Shown piece by piece: positions 37,770 through 47,677 of a stretch of DNA of 64,000 nucleotides. Within the stretch, counting starts at the first letter, position 1. Each line of letters opens with the position of its first letter. Under the pieces are notes generated by a model, which was given only the letters and a program-made list of their open reading frames with translations, had not been told where the DNA came from and ran no database searches. This stretch comes from an uncultured delta proteobacterium (lineage in GTDB: Bacteria; Desulfobacterota; Binatia; DP-6), in contig CAWFFN010000012.1 of assembly GCA_963815115.1 (NCBI GenBank), forward strand, positions 128,001 through 192,000, read 5' to 3'. Position numbers and translations under genes: made by a program.

Positions 37770-39008
37770 TCAGGGCGCCACCAGCAGGCCGCCCGCGAGC
37801 CCCGGCTCCGAGACCTCCCGCAGGACCTTGCCCGTCATGGCATCGTGGATCGTGAGCGTCGGCGGCAGCGAGGCGGAGGCGACCAGCACCGGATGCTCGT
37901 CCTGCGTCACCAGGATGCGCTCGATTCCCGGATTGGGCACGACCTTGTCGAGGAGCCAGCGCTCGATGCGGCCCGTCGTCCGGCTGCGGTCGATCGAGGC
38001 CTGCAGGCCGACGAAGCTGACCACCGGGTTCAGCATCGAGACGCGCTGCACCCGCGTTCGCGTTCCCACGTCGTACACCCAGACCTCGGTGCCCGGCGCC
38101 TTGTGCGAGTCGGGGCCGCCCTGGTGCACCAGGACATAGAGGCGTCCCGAGGCCTGGTGCAGGGCGAGAAGCTGACCGCCGCCGATGCGCCACGAGGCAG
38201 AGCGATCCTGGTCGTCGAGGAGCGGCCAGGTGTCGCCGAAGCGCACTGTCTCGCCCGACACGTCGACGGGATGGACGACCCCGTCGAAGGACACGAAGAA
38301 CCACGTGCCGCCGCGCCGGACCGCCTTCTCGGTGATCGGGTCCTTCTGGGCGTCGAAGAAGGGCTCGGTGCGTGCCGGTGTTGCCGTGCCGCTCGCCTCG
38401 TCGAGAGTCACCGTGAGCGCCCCGCCGTTGGCGCACAACATGAGGAAGCGCCGCGGACCGGCGCCGTAGACGAGGCTGCACCCCGGGGTGGGCACCTCGG
38501 TGACGAAGCGCCGCGCCTGCACGTCGACGATCGAGAGCGAGGTGACGGGAGTCAGGTTGAACACCGCGAGGAAGCGGCCGTCGTCGGACAGCGCGCTGGA
38601 CGCGTTGCCCGGGTAGTACTCGGCGCGCCGGGGCGGGATCTGGATCTCCTGGAGCGGCGCCAGGGTGCGCGCGTCGTAGACCGTCACCACGTCCGTGCGA
38701 TCGCCGCGCACGCCGCGGCTGTAGTAGGTCTCGGAGAGGTAGATCTCGCGGTGGTCGGGCGAGAAGAGGGGTAGGATCGCGAAGCCGACGCCGGGCGTGC
38801 CCGACGTGATCTGGCCGAGCAGCTCGCCCTTCCCGCCGTCGAAGAGGGCCGTGCGGTGCAGGATGATGTCGCTCAGCCAGAACCAGTGCGGCCCGGGTCG
38901 TTCGGGCAAGGTCGCCGCCTTGCCGATGGTCTCCGGCTCCGGGGCCGCGCCCGCGAGCCCGACGGCGAAGCACCCGGCGAGGAGTGCCACCGGAAGGCGG
39001 CGTCGCAT
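37770..39008 (-). CDS. mauB: TTQ-dependent amine dehydrogenase large subunit (MauB/AauB)
   Basis: Signal peptide; ETYYSRGVRGDRTDVV, FNLTPVTS, PGC, WRIGGGQ, SHKAPGTEVWVYD beta-propeller motifs. Confidence 0.92.
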   Translation of the reverse strand: MRRRLPVALLAGCFAVGLAGAAPEPETIGKAATLPERPGPHWFWLSDIILHRTALFDGGKGELLGQITSGTPGVGFAILPLFSPDHREIYLSETYYSRGVRGDRTDVVTVYDARTLAPLQEIQIPPRRAEYYPGNASSALSDDGRFLAVFNLTPVTSLSIVDVQARRFVTEVPTPGCSLVYGAGPRRFLMLCANGGALTVTLDEASGTATPARTEPFFDAQKDPITEKAVRRGGTWFFVSFDGVVHPVDVSGETVRFGDTWPLLDDQDRSASWRIGGGQLLALHQASGRLYVLVHQGGPDSHKAPGTEVWVYDVGTRTRVQRVSMLNPVVSFVGLQASIDRSRTTGRIERWLLDKVVPNPGIERILVTQDEHPVLVASASLPPTLTIHDAMTGKVLREVSEPGLAGGLLVAP

Positions 39009-39130
39009 GGCCGTCCGTCTCACCGAGGACAGTCCGAGAGGCACGAGGCGGGCGTATAGCATGCACGACCCGTCGCGGAACACGGCCGACCTTGACCGGC
39101 CTCGTACGGCATCCACATACTCCGATCGCG

Positions 39131-39757
39131 GTGCGCTGGGAGACCTGGAGCCTGTTTCTCGTCACCGAGACGCTTCTCTGCCTCACGCCGGGGCCGGCGG
39201 TGCTGTTCGTGCTGTCGCAGGGGCTGGGCCGGGGCACGGCGGCGTCGATCCGGGCGAGTCTCGGCATCCTCGCCGGCAACGCGCTCTACTTCCTGCTCTC
39301 CGCGACGGGGCTGGGAGCGATCCTCGTCGCCTCGTACGACCTCTTCTTCTGCATCAAGTGGGCCGGCGCAGCCTACCTGGTCTGGCTCGGGCTGCGCGCG
39401 CTCCGCGCCACGGGCACCGTGCTGGCGGTGAAGCCGGCGACGGGTGCAGCCGAGTCCCGTCACGTGTTCGCACGCGGCTTCGCCGTCCAGGCAGCGAACC
39501 CGAAGGCCATCGTCTTCTTCACCGCGCTGCTCCCGCAGTTCATCGATCCCGCGGGGAGCGTCCCGCTCCAGGTGGGCATACTCGCGCTCACCAGCATCGC
39601 GGTCGAGTTCGTGGTCCTGGCGACCTACGGCATCTTCGCCGGTCGCGTCTCGCGGCTCGCGGCGGAGCCCCGGGTCGCGGCATTCCTCGAGCGCGCCGCC
39701 GGCGTGCTGCTGATGGGCGCCGGACTGCGGATGGCCGCGCTGCGACGGGCGGGGTGA
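39131..39757 (+). CDS. LysE/RhtB family amino acid exporter
   Basis: LTPGPAV, KWAGAAYLVWLG, NPKAIVFFTALLPQF. Confidence 0.92.
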   Translation: MRWETWSLFLVTETLLCLTPGPAVLFVLSQGLGRGTAASIRASLGILAGNALYFLLSATGLGAILVASYDLFFCIKWAGAAYLVWLGLRALRATGTVLAVKPATGAAESRHVFARGFAVQAANPKAIVFFTALLPQFIDPAGSVPLQVGILALTSIAVEFVVLATYGIFAGRVSRLAAEPRVAAFLERAAGVLLMGAGLRMAALRRAG

Positions 39758-39764
39758 CCGGCGC

Positions 39765-40583
39765 TCAGCCCGCGGCACGCGCGCGCTCGCGCGCAGCGGC
39801 GATGACGGCGGGGGGCACCGGGTCGAAGCGAGCCGCGCCCCGGCGAAACAGGCCGGGCGCGAGCAGGCGGAACCACCAGGCGAGTCGCAGCGCGCCCGGC
39901 ACCCAGACCTCGTGGCGGCGGTGCTCGATGGCGCGCAGGATCGCTCCCGACACCGCGCCGGGCGGCAGCTTTCGGCCCCGGTAGGCCGTCGGCTCGTCGG
40001 TCTTGTGCCAGATCTCGGTGTCGATGGGCCCGACGTGAACGACCGTGGCGTGAATGCCCGAGCCCGCCAGATCGAGCCACAGCCCCTCGGTGAATCCGGT
40101 GAGCGCGAACTTGGACGCCGCGTAGACGGTCTCGCGTGGCGGCGGGAGCTTCCCCGCCAACGACGAGACGTTGACGATCCAGCCCTCGCCCCGGCGGAGC
40201 ATCGCCGGCAGCGCAGCGAGCGTGAGGAACGCGGAGGCGAGGAAGTTGACCCGCAGCACGTACTCCACCTCCTCGGCATCGAGGTGGTAGAGCTGCTTGT
40301 GCTTCGACACGCCGGCGTTGTTCACGACGATGTCGATGCGTCCGAAGCGCGCGACGGCACGTGCCGCCATGCCCTCGACGAAGGCGCGCTCGGCGACGTC
40401 GCCGGCGAGCACCTCGACGGGCACGCCGTGCGCGCCGCACTCGGCCGCGGCCTCCTCGAGCAGCTCGCGGCGGCGCGCCGAGAGCACCAGCGTCGTGCCG
40501 CGCGCCGCCAGATCGAGCGCCACCCGGCGGCCGATGCCGGAGGATGCCCCGGTGACGATGGCGACGCGGCCGCGGTAGTCCAT
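39765..40583 (-). CDS. SDR family oxidoreductase
   Basis: TGASSGIG, NNAG, NVSS, YAASK; ATG at 40583 with GAGGT RBS. Confidence 0.92.
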   Translation of the reverse strand: MDYRGRVAIVTGASSGIGRRVALDLAARGTTLVLSARRRELLEEAAAECGAHGVPVEVLAGDVAERAFVEGMAARAVARFGRIDIVVNNAGVSKHKQLYHLDAEEVEYVLRVNFLASAFLTLAALPAMLRRGEGWIVNVSSLAGKLPPPRETVYAASKFALTGFTEGLWLDLAGSGIHATVVHVGPIDTEIWHKTDEPTAYRGRKLPPGAVSGAILRAIEHRRHEVWVPGALRLAWWFRLLAPGLFRRGAARFDPVPPAVIAAARERARAAG

Positions 40584-40589
40584 GGTCAC

Positions 40590-40618
40590 CTCGACCCGAG
40601 ACTTCGTCTCGGGTCGAG
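40590..40618. repeat. Perfect 13-bp inverted repeat (hairpin or operator) overlapping the SDR RBS
   Basis: ctcgacccgagac-ttc-gtctcgggtcgag. Confidence 0.8.
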
Positions 40619-40770
40619 AGCGGAGGCGAGCGTGTAGCGTCGGGTGGATCGTGCGGACGCCGTGCCGCGGCCGGCAGAGCCGGCGCGGCAGACTTGGCAC
40701 AGTCGATGGCTCCAGCTCCGACATGATTGCCGCGGCGGCTTTGCCGCTCGCGGCACGACGTTCCTACTGT

Positions 40771-42327
40771 TCATCGCGTTGAACTCTCGCTTCTCGATCG
40801 CAGCGCCTGCTTGTCCACCTTGTACATGGCCGTCACGGGAAGGTCCGCCAGCAGCGTCAGCCCGTCGGGCCGCTTGAAGCTGGCCAGCTCGGCCCCGACG
40901 AAGGCGCGCAGCTCGGCGAGCGTCGGGGGCTCGGCGGGCTCGCGCGGCACGACGAAGGCCCAGCCGACCTCGCCGAAGACCGCGTCCGGCACGCCGACGA
41001 TGGCGGCGCGCGCCACCTTCGGGTGCCTGGCGAGCAGGTCCTCGATCTCGTTCGGGTAGACGTTGAAGCCGCCGCGGATGAACATCTCGCTCTGGCGTCC
41101 GCGCAGGTGGAGATAGCCGTCGCCGTCCAGGAAACCGAGGTCGCCGGTGCGGATCCAGCCCTCCGGGTCGATCACCGCGGCCGTCGCCTCCGGATCGTTC
41201 CAGTAGCCGCGCATGGTCGCCGGCGAGCGCACCTGGACTCCGCCCACCGAGCCGGCCGGCAGCGCCCCGCCGTCTTCGCCCGCGATGCGCATCTCGACAC
41301 CGGGGGTGGGCTTGCCGACGGTGGTGGCGAGACGCTCGGGCGGATCGTCCGGCAGCGACGCGGTGGCGATGCCCACCTCGGTGGACGAGTAGCGCACGCT
41401 CACCTCGACGCGCAGCTCCTCCTGCACCCGCCGGATCAAGTCGGGAGACGAGGGCGCGCCGCCGAGGAGGACCTGGCGCAGCGAGCGCAGGTCGCGCCGC
41501 GGGCGGTCGGGATGGTCGAGGAGCATGATTGCCTGGGTCGGAATCGCGCCGATGTGGGTGAGCCGCTCGCGTTCGATGGTCTCGAGGACGGCGGCCGGAT
41601 CGAAGGCGTCGTGGATCAGGGCGGCGCCGCGGTTGCCGATCTGGACGGCGATGCGCGCCATGGTCCCGACGTGCGCGAAGGAGAGCCCCGCGGCGAGGTG
41701 CAGGGGAGCGCGCCCGACCCGCCCCGTGTGCCGCCGCGCCTCGATCTCGGCCAGCGCGAGCAGGCTCGCATGGGCGTACCAGGCGCCCTTGGGCGCGCCG
41801 GTCGTCCCGCTGGTGAAGACGATCGCCGCCGGCGCCCCGGCCGGCACGTCGCGTTCCGCCACCGCCGCCGCCGGGCCCGCGATCCGCTGCACGGTCTCGC
41901 GCGTGCCGTTCCGCACGTCGTCCGCCCGGAGCCACAGGACATCGTAGCGCGCCGGCAGCGCATCGACCATGGTGCGGAAGTCGGCGTCGTGCCAGCGCTC
42001 GACGGCGAGAAGCAGGCGCGGGCGTGCCCGCGCCAGGATGTGGCCGATCTCGGTGCGCCGGTAGCGCGCGTTGATGCCGGCGGTGACGGCGCCGAGCCGC
42101 GCCGCGGCCAGGTAGGCGACGAGGTAGAGCGGCGTCGAGGGGAGGAGCAGTGCCACCACGTCGCCCGCCTGCACGCCCCGCGCGGCGAGGCCGGCAGCGA
42201 GGCGGTCGGCGAGCGCGTCCCAGTCGCGGTAGGTGAGGCGCTCGGTGCGATAGCGGAACGCCTCCGCGTCGGGCGTCTCGCGGGCGGAACTGCGCAGCAG
42301 GGCGCCGAGGGTTGGATGGGGGGCCAC
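40771..42327 (-). CDS. Acyl-CoA synthetase (AMP-binding, class I adenylate-forming)
   Basis: FTSGTTGAPKG, YSSTE, TGDLG, GRQSEMFIRGGFNVYP, C-terminal KVDK. Confidence 0.92.
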   Translation of the reverse strand: MAPHPTLGALLRSSARETPDAEAFRYRTERLTYRDWDALADRLAAGLAARGVQAGDVVALLLPSTPLYLVAYLAAARLGAVTAGINARYRRTEIGHILARARPRLLLAVERWHDADFRTMVDALPARYDVLWLRADDVRNGTRETVQRIAGPAAAVAERDVPAGAPAAIVFTSGTTGAPKGAWYAHASLLALAEIEARRHTGRVGRAPLHLAAGLSFAHVGTMARIAVQIGNRGAALIHDAFDPAAVLETIERERLTHIGAIPTQAIMLLDHPDRPRRDLRSLRQVLLGGAPSSPDLIRRVQEELRVEVSVRYSSTEVGIATASLPDDPPERLATTVGKPTPGVEMRIAGEDGGALPAGSVGGVQVRSPATMRGYWNDPEATAAVIDPEGWIRTGDLGFLDGDGYLHLRGRQSEMFIRGGFNVYPNEIEDLLARHPKVARAAIVGVPDAVFGEVGWAFVVPREPAEPPTLAELRAFVGAELASFKRPDGLTLLADLPVTAMYKVDKQALRSRSESSTR

Positions 42328-42521
42328 GGGCTAGACTTAGCCGACCCGGGGGCGCTGAGCGAGAAACGCGCCTTCTCTGTCTGTAACCCGGGCTAGAGGC
42401 TCGGCAGCCTTGGCGGTCATGTGCCCGCCGTCGCATGTTTCACCACCCTGGACGGCGCGCGGTTGCTTCGAGGATAACGACTGCGAGTCACAGGCCCCAA
42501 TTCCCGCGAAGGAGAGGACAG

Positions 42522-44159
42522 ATGGTCGAAACGAAGCGGAAAGGAGCGGCGGCCCGAAGGCCATGCCTCCCGGCGTCGGTCGCGGCGGGCATCCTGGTGC
42601 TCGCGGCGGGCGCCGCGTGGGCGCAGGGGCTCACCGGCATGCTCCCCTTCTTTCCCCCGGGGGAGGAAGTCACGGACGCGGTGAAGGCGCACTACCACTT
42701 CAAGGTGGTCGCCAATCAGAGCCCCGGCGGAAAGATCCTCTTCGGATCGAATCGATTCTACGGAACGGGCCCGGAGACCTACCTCACCGAGAACAACTTC
42801 TACAGCAACGGGCTGCTCTACGCCGACGAGGTCTGCACGAGCTGGCCGCTCGAGGGAATGCCGACCTTTGCGGTGACGACCCTGCGGGTGGCCGTGCCCG
42901 ACTACAACCTGCACGGGAAGACCGGCGCCAGGACCTTCGCGCCGGCGGACTTCCCGCGTCAGAGCTACAACATCGACACGGCCACCGGCGCGCCCAAGAC
43001 CGACATGATCTCGCAGTTCGACCTGACCGGCCGGGAAGGCACGGTGGAGATCAGCCGTGGAGACATCGTGACGGACCACACGGGATGGAAGTGCTCGGGT
43101 CCGCTCGATGCGAGCGTCTACCGGCAGTGGAACGTGGTCGTCACCGTCGACGGGGTCTCGTATCCCGTGGCGTTCGCCCTCCCGGACGACGGCGCCCACT
43201 ACTTCACACCGTACGAGATACTCAACTTCTATACCGAGTTCTTCCAGCATCCCGGGCTCTTCAAGGTGCACTTCTGGAAGCTCGAGGTGCAACGCGAGAA
43301 TTCCACCACGTGGATCCCGTTGCGCTGGTTCCGCGTGCACAACGATGCACCCACCAACACCGAGTGGGGCGTTCGGATCACCACCGACGACGGCATCCGG
43401 GTGCTCGAGGTGAGCAACGACGCTCCTGCCGATTTCTTCGGTGACGGGGCGACCTTCATGCTTCCAACACCCGTGTGCGGTGACGGAATCGTGGACGGTA
43501 GCGAGCAGTGCGACGATGGCAACACGCTGGACGGCGACTGCTGTTCCTCGACCTGCCAGTTCGACCCGGCGGGTTCGGCGTGTACCGACGGCGTCATCTG
43601 CACCGAGGACGCATGCGACGGGGCCGGGACATGCACGCATCACGTGCCCCCGGTGGCGGGCTGCGACGGACCGCAAGCGACGAAGGCCACGCTGACCTTG
43701 AAGAAGAATGCGAGGAGTGCGACCGCGGACGCGCTCGAATGGAAATGGGTGAGCGGTGGGCCCTTCGACGCTGGCGCGCTCGGCACACCGGCGACCACGA
43801 CGGACCTGACTCTCTGCGTGTTCGATCAGACCGGCAAAGCGGTCGCCGCGACCGCGCCCGCGGGCGGCCAGTGCGCCGGGAAGCCATGCTGGCGCACGAG
43901 CGCGACGACCGTGAAGTACTCGGACAAGGCCCTCACTCCCGACGGCCTTCAGAAGCTGCAGGGCAAGAGTGGAGCGGCCGGGCGGGGAAAGCTCGAGGTC
44001 AAGGGGAAGGGTGCCAGCCTCCGGATGCCGTCGCTCGGGCTCACGACGCCGGTCACCGCGCGCCTTCTGCGTGGCGACGGCCCGGGATGCTGGGAGGCGA
44101 CCTTCGCGTCCCACGTGCAGAAGAACCTTCCGACCGAGTTCAGGGCCAAATCGGAGTGA
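42522..44159 (+). CDS. Secreted multidomain protein with myxobacterial Cys-rich (DUF4215-like) repeat
   Basis: Signal peptide ending AAWA; CGDGIVDGSEQCDDGNTLDGDCCSSTC; Lys/Gly-rich C-terminal domain; RBS GGAGAGG. Confidence 0.8.
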   Translation: MVETKRKGAAARRPCLPASVAAGILVLAAGAAWAQGLTGMLPFFPPGEEVTDAVKAHYHFKVVANQSPGGKILFGSNRFYGTGPETYLTENNFYSNGLLYADEVCTSWPLEGMPTFAVTTLRVAVPDYNLHGKTGARTFAPADFPRQSYNIDTATGAPKTDMISQFDLTGREGTVEISRGDIVTDHTGWKCSGPLDASVYRQWNVVVTVDGVSYPVAFALPDDGAHYFTPYEILNFYTEFFQHPGLFKVHFWKLEVQRENSTTWIPLRWFRVHNDAPTNTEWGVRITTDDGIRVLEVSNDAPADFFGDGATFMLPTPVCGDGIVDGSEQCDDGNTLDGDCCSSTCQFDPAGSACTDGVICTEDACDGAGTCTHHVPPVAGCDGPQATKATLTLKKNARSATADALEWKWVSGGPFDAGALGTPATTTDLTLCVFDQTGKAVAATAPAGGQCAGKPCWRTSATTVKYSDKALTPDGLQKLQGKSGAAGRGKLEVKGKGASLRMPSLGLTTPVTARLLRGDGPGCWEATFASHVQKNLPTEFRAKSE

Positions 44160-44176
44160 GGCTCGATGGCGCCTGC

Positions 44177-45133
44177 ATGGCCGGATACCGAAAGGCGTTG
44201 CCCCAGCTCGGTGGAGACCTCTACCTGACCGACGGCGGCATCGAGACCACGCTCATCTTCCACGAAGGCCTGGAGCTTCCGGACTTCGCCGCGTTCGATC
44301 TCCTGCGGACGCCGGAGGGCGAGGCGGCGCTGCGCAGGTACTTCCGGACGTACGCCGAGCTCGCGCGGCGCTTCGGCACCGGCCTGATCCTCGAGAGCGC
44401 CACCTGGAGGGCCAGCGCGGACTGGGGAAGCAGGCTCGGCTACACCGCCGAGGCGCTCGCCGATGCGAACCGTCGCGCGATCGCCCTGCTCGAGGAGGTG
44501 CGCGACGAATTCGGCACCGATCGGACGCCCGTGGTCGTCAGCGGATGCCTCGGGCCACGCGGCGATGGCTATGTCCCCGGTCGTGCCATGTCGGAGCGGG
44601 AGGCGGAGGCCTACCACGGGGAGCAGATCGCGACGTTCGCCGGCTCCGCCGCCGACATGGTGTGCGCCATCACCATGAACTACGCCGAGGAGGCCGCGGG
44701 CATCGCGCGAGCGGCGCGGCGCGCGGCCGTGCCCGTCGCCATCTCCTTCACGGTGGAGACCGATGGCAAGCTTCCGACCGGGCAGACGTTGCAGGCGGCC
44801 ATCGAGCAGGTCGAGGGCGCCACGTCGGGCAATCCCGCCTACTACATGATCAACTGCGCGCACCCGACGCATTTCGAGACGGTGCTGCCCGAGCGGGAGC
44901 CCTGGGTGCAGCGGATTCGCGGTCTCCGCGCGAACGCCTCGCGCATGAGCCACGCCGAGCTCAACGAATCCCTCGAGCTCGACATCGGTGACGCGGCCGA
45001 GCTCGGGCAGGACTACGCGCGGCTGAGGAAGCGGCTCGCGCATCTCAACGTGATGGGAGGGTGCTGCGGCACGGATCACCGGCACATCGAGCAGATCGCG
45101 TCGGCCGTCCTGCCGCTCTTCCGGAGTGCCTGA
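44177..45133 (+). CDS. Homocysteine S-methyltransferase family protein
   Basis: LTDGGIET, GPRGDGY, INCAHP, GGCCGT zinc-binding motif. Confidence 0.9.
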   Translation: MAGYRKALPQLGGDLYLTDGGIETTLIFHEGLELPDFAAFDLLRTPEGEAALRRYFRTYAELARRFGTGLILESATWRASADWGSRLGYTAEALADANRRAIALLEEVRDEFGTDRTPVVVSGCLGPRGDGYVPGRAMSEREAEAYHGEQIATFAGSAADMVCAITMNYAEEAAGIARAARRAAVPVAISFTVETDGKLPTGQTLQAAIEQVEGATSGNPAYYMINCAHPTHFETVLPEREPWVQRIRGLRANASRMSHAELNESLELDIGDAAELGQDYARLRKRLAHLNVMGGCCGTDHRHIEQIASAVLPLFRSA

Positions 45134-45217
45134 CGAGCGGGTCGCGTGGCCGAGACGTTGCGCGCCCCGCGCCGTCCATGACACAGAACGGGTCAGACTT
45201 TTCGAAGGCGATCGGCC

Positions 45218-46498
45218 ATGGCGGTGGCACGCATCCAGTTCCCTCATCACTACCGGGCGCTCGATCCGGCGATTCGCCGCGAGCTCGTCGACCACGCCGC
45301 CGCCGACGGCTTCCCGCTCTCCGGCATCCTCTACCGGCCGCCGCGGGGCGAGCGGGACACGGTCGTCGTCGCGATGCATCCGCGCGTCGACTTCGCGCGA
45401 CACTACCTGGCGCCGCGGCTGGCGGCTGCGGGCTACGCCTTCTTCGGCACGGCCTCCCGCTACCTGAACAACGACGCCGACATGCTGCACGAGCGCGTGC
45501 TGCTCGACGTCGCGGGCACGGTCGGGCATCTGCGCGAGAGCGGCTTCCGGCGCGTCGTCCTGCTCGGCAACTCCGGCGGCGGATCGCTCTTCGCCTTCTA
45601 CCTCGAGCAGGCGGAGAAGCCGCCGGCCGAGCGGCTCCGTCGCGCCCCGTCCGGCGACGCGGTGCCGCTCCCCGAGACCGATCTCCCGCCCGCGGACGGC
45701 CTGGTGCTCCTCGCGGCGCACCTCGGCGAGGGCCGCTTTCTCCTCGACCGCCTCGACCCGTCCATGGTCGACGAGGCGGACCCGGTGGCGACCGACCCGC
45801 GTCTCGACATGTACGATCCGCGCAACGGCTACCGGCCGATGGACGAGGGGCCGTCGTCGTACGCCGCCGACTTCCTCGCCGAGTTTCGTGCCGGGCAGCG
45901 CGCCCGCTGCCGGCGGCTGGACGCGCGCGCCCTCGAGTGGTGCGAGGAGGCGCGCTGGCATCGGCGCCGTCTGGGCGTCGCGGACGACGTCGCGCGCATG
46001 TCCGCGGCCGAGCGCTCCCGCCTGGCTCGACTCGCGCTCCAGCGGCGGTACTTCCTGATCTATCGCACGCTCGCCGACCCGCGCTATCTGGATCCGGCGC
46101 TCGACCCGTCGCAGCGCCCGCTGGGCTCGATCTTCTCGTTCGGCCGCGATCCCGTGGTCGGCAACTACGGCGAGGGTCTGGCCCGGACGATGAGCGCGCG
46201 CGGCTGGCTCTCCACCTGGTCCGGTCTCGCGTCGAATGCCGCGCTCGAGCGCACGCTGCGCGGGGTCACGGTGCCGACGCTGGTCGTCTGCGCGCTCGCC
46301 GACATGGACATCTACCCCGGCGAGTGCCGTTCCAGCCTCGACGCCTCGGGGGCGCAGGACAAGCAGTGGGCGGAGCTGCCCTGGGCCGGCCACTACCTCT
46401 ACCCGGCCGGGCCGGCGGGCGCCGAGCTTCCTCATCCGCAGGACCGCGTCGCCGACGACGTCGTGCTGCCCTGGCTGCGGCAGCGCTGGCCGCTCTAG
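45218..46498 (+). CDS. Alpha/beta hydrolase
   Basis: MHP, nucleophile elbow GNSGGG, C-terminal ADMD and AGHY. Confidence 0.85.
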   Translation: MAVARIQFPHHYRALDPAIRRELVDHAAADGFPLSGILYRPPRGERDTVVVAMHPRVDFARHYLAPRLAAAGYAFFGTASRYLNNDADMLHERVLLDVAGTVGHLRESGFRRVVLLGNSGGGSLFAFYLEQAEKPPAERLRRAPSGDAVPLPETDLPPADGLVLLAAHLGEGRFLLDRLDPSMVDEADPVATDPRLDMYDPRNGYRPMDEGPSSYAADFLAEFRAGQRARCRRLDARALEWCEEARWHRRRLGVADDVARMSAAERSRLARLALQRRYFLIYRTLADPRYLDPALDPSQRPLGSIFSFGRDPVVGNYGEGLARTMSARGWLSTWSGLASNAALERTLRGVTVPTLVVCALADMDIYPGECRSSLDASGAQDKQWAELPWAGHYLYPAGPAGAELPHPQDRVADDVVLPWLRQRWPL

Positions 46499-46507
46499 CA
46501 GCGCATC

Positions 46508-47677
46508 GTGCGTGCTCGCGCCGCCGCCGTCGTCGGCATCGGTCAGTCCGCGTTCTCGAAGCATCTCGGCATGAGCGAGGCCGAGGTCGCGGCCACCGCG
46601 ATCCGGGCCGCGCTCGACGATGCGAGCCTCACGCTCCGCGACGTCGACGGGCTCTGCCTCTACGACATCGAATCGACCACGGTCGGTGACGTGGCGGCGC
46701 TCCTCGGGCTCGACGGCATTCGTTTCTTCTCGACGCACAGCCACGGCGGCGGAGCCTACTGCGCGGTGGTGCTGCACGCGGCGGCCGCGCTGGCCGCGGG
46801 CCACGCCTCGGTGGTGCTCGCCTTTCGCGCCCGCAATCGCGGGAGGGGCTCGTCGTACGGGAAGCGCTCCAACCAGGGCGGCCGGCCATGGGAGAAGATC
46901 GCGCCGCGGATCGCCGGTTTCTACCAGTGGCAGGTGCCCTTCGGCATCGTCTCGCCGGTGCAGGAGATGGCGCTGATCGCACGGCGGCACATGCTCGATC
47001 ACGGCACCACGGAGGATCACCTCGGCGAGGTGGCGTGCGCCGCGCGTAGCCACGCGGCACGCAATCCCCATGCGTTGCAGCGCGAGCCGATGACGCTCGC
47101 CGACCACCACGCCTCGCGTTTCGTCGCCGAGCCGCTCAGGCTGCTCGACTGTTGCCTCGAGAGCGACGGCGGCTGCGCCGTCGTCCTCACCACGGCGGAG
47201 CGGGCGCGCGATCTGCCGCAGCGTCCCGCCCACGTCCTCGCCGGGGCCCAGTGCGTCGGGCCGGCGCACCACCATCCACACGACTGGTTCGTCTTCGATC
47301 GCCGCCGCTGGATGGCGGCCGCAGCCGAGCGCCTGTGGGGTACGGCGGGCGTCCGGCCCGACGACGTCGACGCCGCGATGCTCTACGACCACTTCACGCC
47401 CATGGTGCTGATCGCGCTCGAGGACTGGGGGTTCTGTGCAGCCGGCGAGGGCGGGCCCTTCGTCGAGGGCGGTGCGCTGCGCGGCCCGGACGGGCGCCTG
47501 CCGGTGAACACCCACGGCGGCCAGCTCTCCGAGGCCTTCATCCACGGCTTCAACAATCTGACCGAGGCGGTGCGGCAGGTACGGGGGACGTCGACCTGCC
47601 AGGTGCCGGGCGCCGAGCTGGTCTTCGTGGCGGCGGCGTCGAGCGATCCCTACGGCGCCCTGCTGCTCTGCCGGTGA
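46508..47677 (+). CDS. Thiolase-fold SCP-x/Ltp2-like protein
   Basis: AVVGIGQS, GGGAYC, DCCLESDGG, YDHFTP, NTHGGQLSEA. Confidence 0.88.
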   Translation: MRARAAAVVGIGQSAFSKHLGMSEAEVAATAIRAALDDASLTLRDVDGLCLYDIESTTVGDVAALLGLDGIRFFSTHSHGGGAYCAVVLHAAAALAAGHASVVLAFRARNRGRGSSYGKRSNQGGRPWEKIAPRIAGFYQWQVPFGIVSPVQEMALIARRHMLDHGTTEDHLGEVACAARSHAARNPHALQREPMTLADHHASRFVAEPLRLLDCCLESDGGCAVVLTTAERARDLPQRPAHVLAGAQCVGPAHHHPHDWFVFDRRRWMAAAAERLWGTAGVRPDDVDAAMLYDHFTPMVLIALEDWGFCAAGEGGPFVEGGALRGPDGRLPVNTHGGQLSEAFIHGFNNLTEAVRQVRGTSTCQVPGAELVFVAAASSDPYGALLLCR

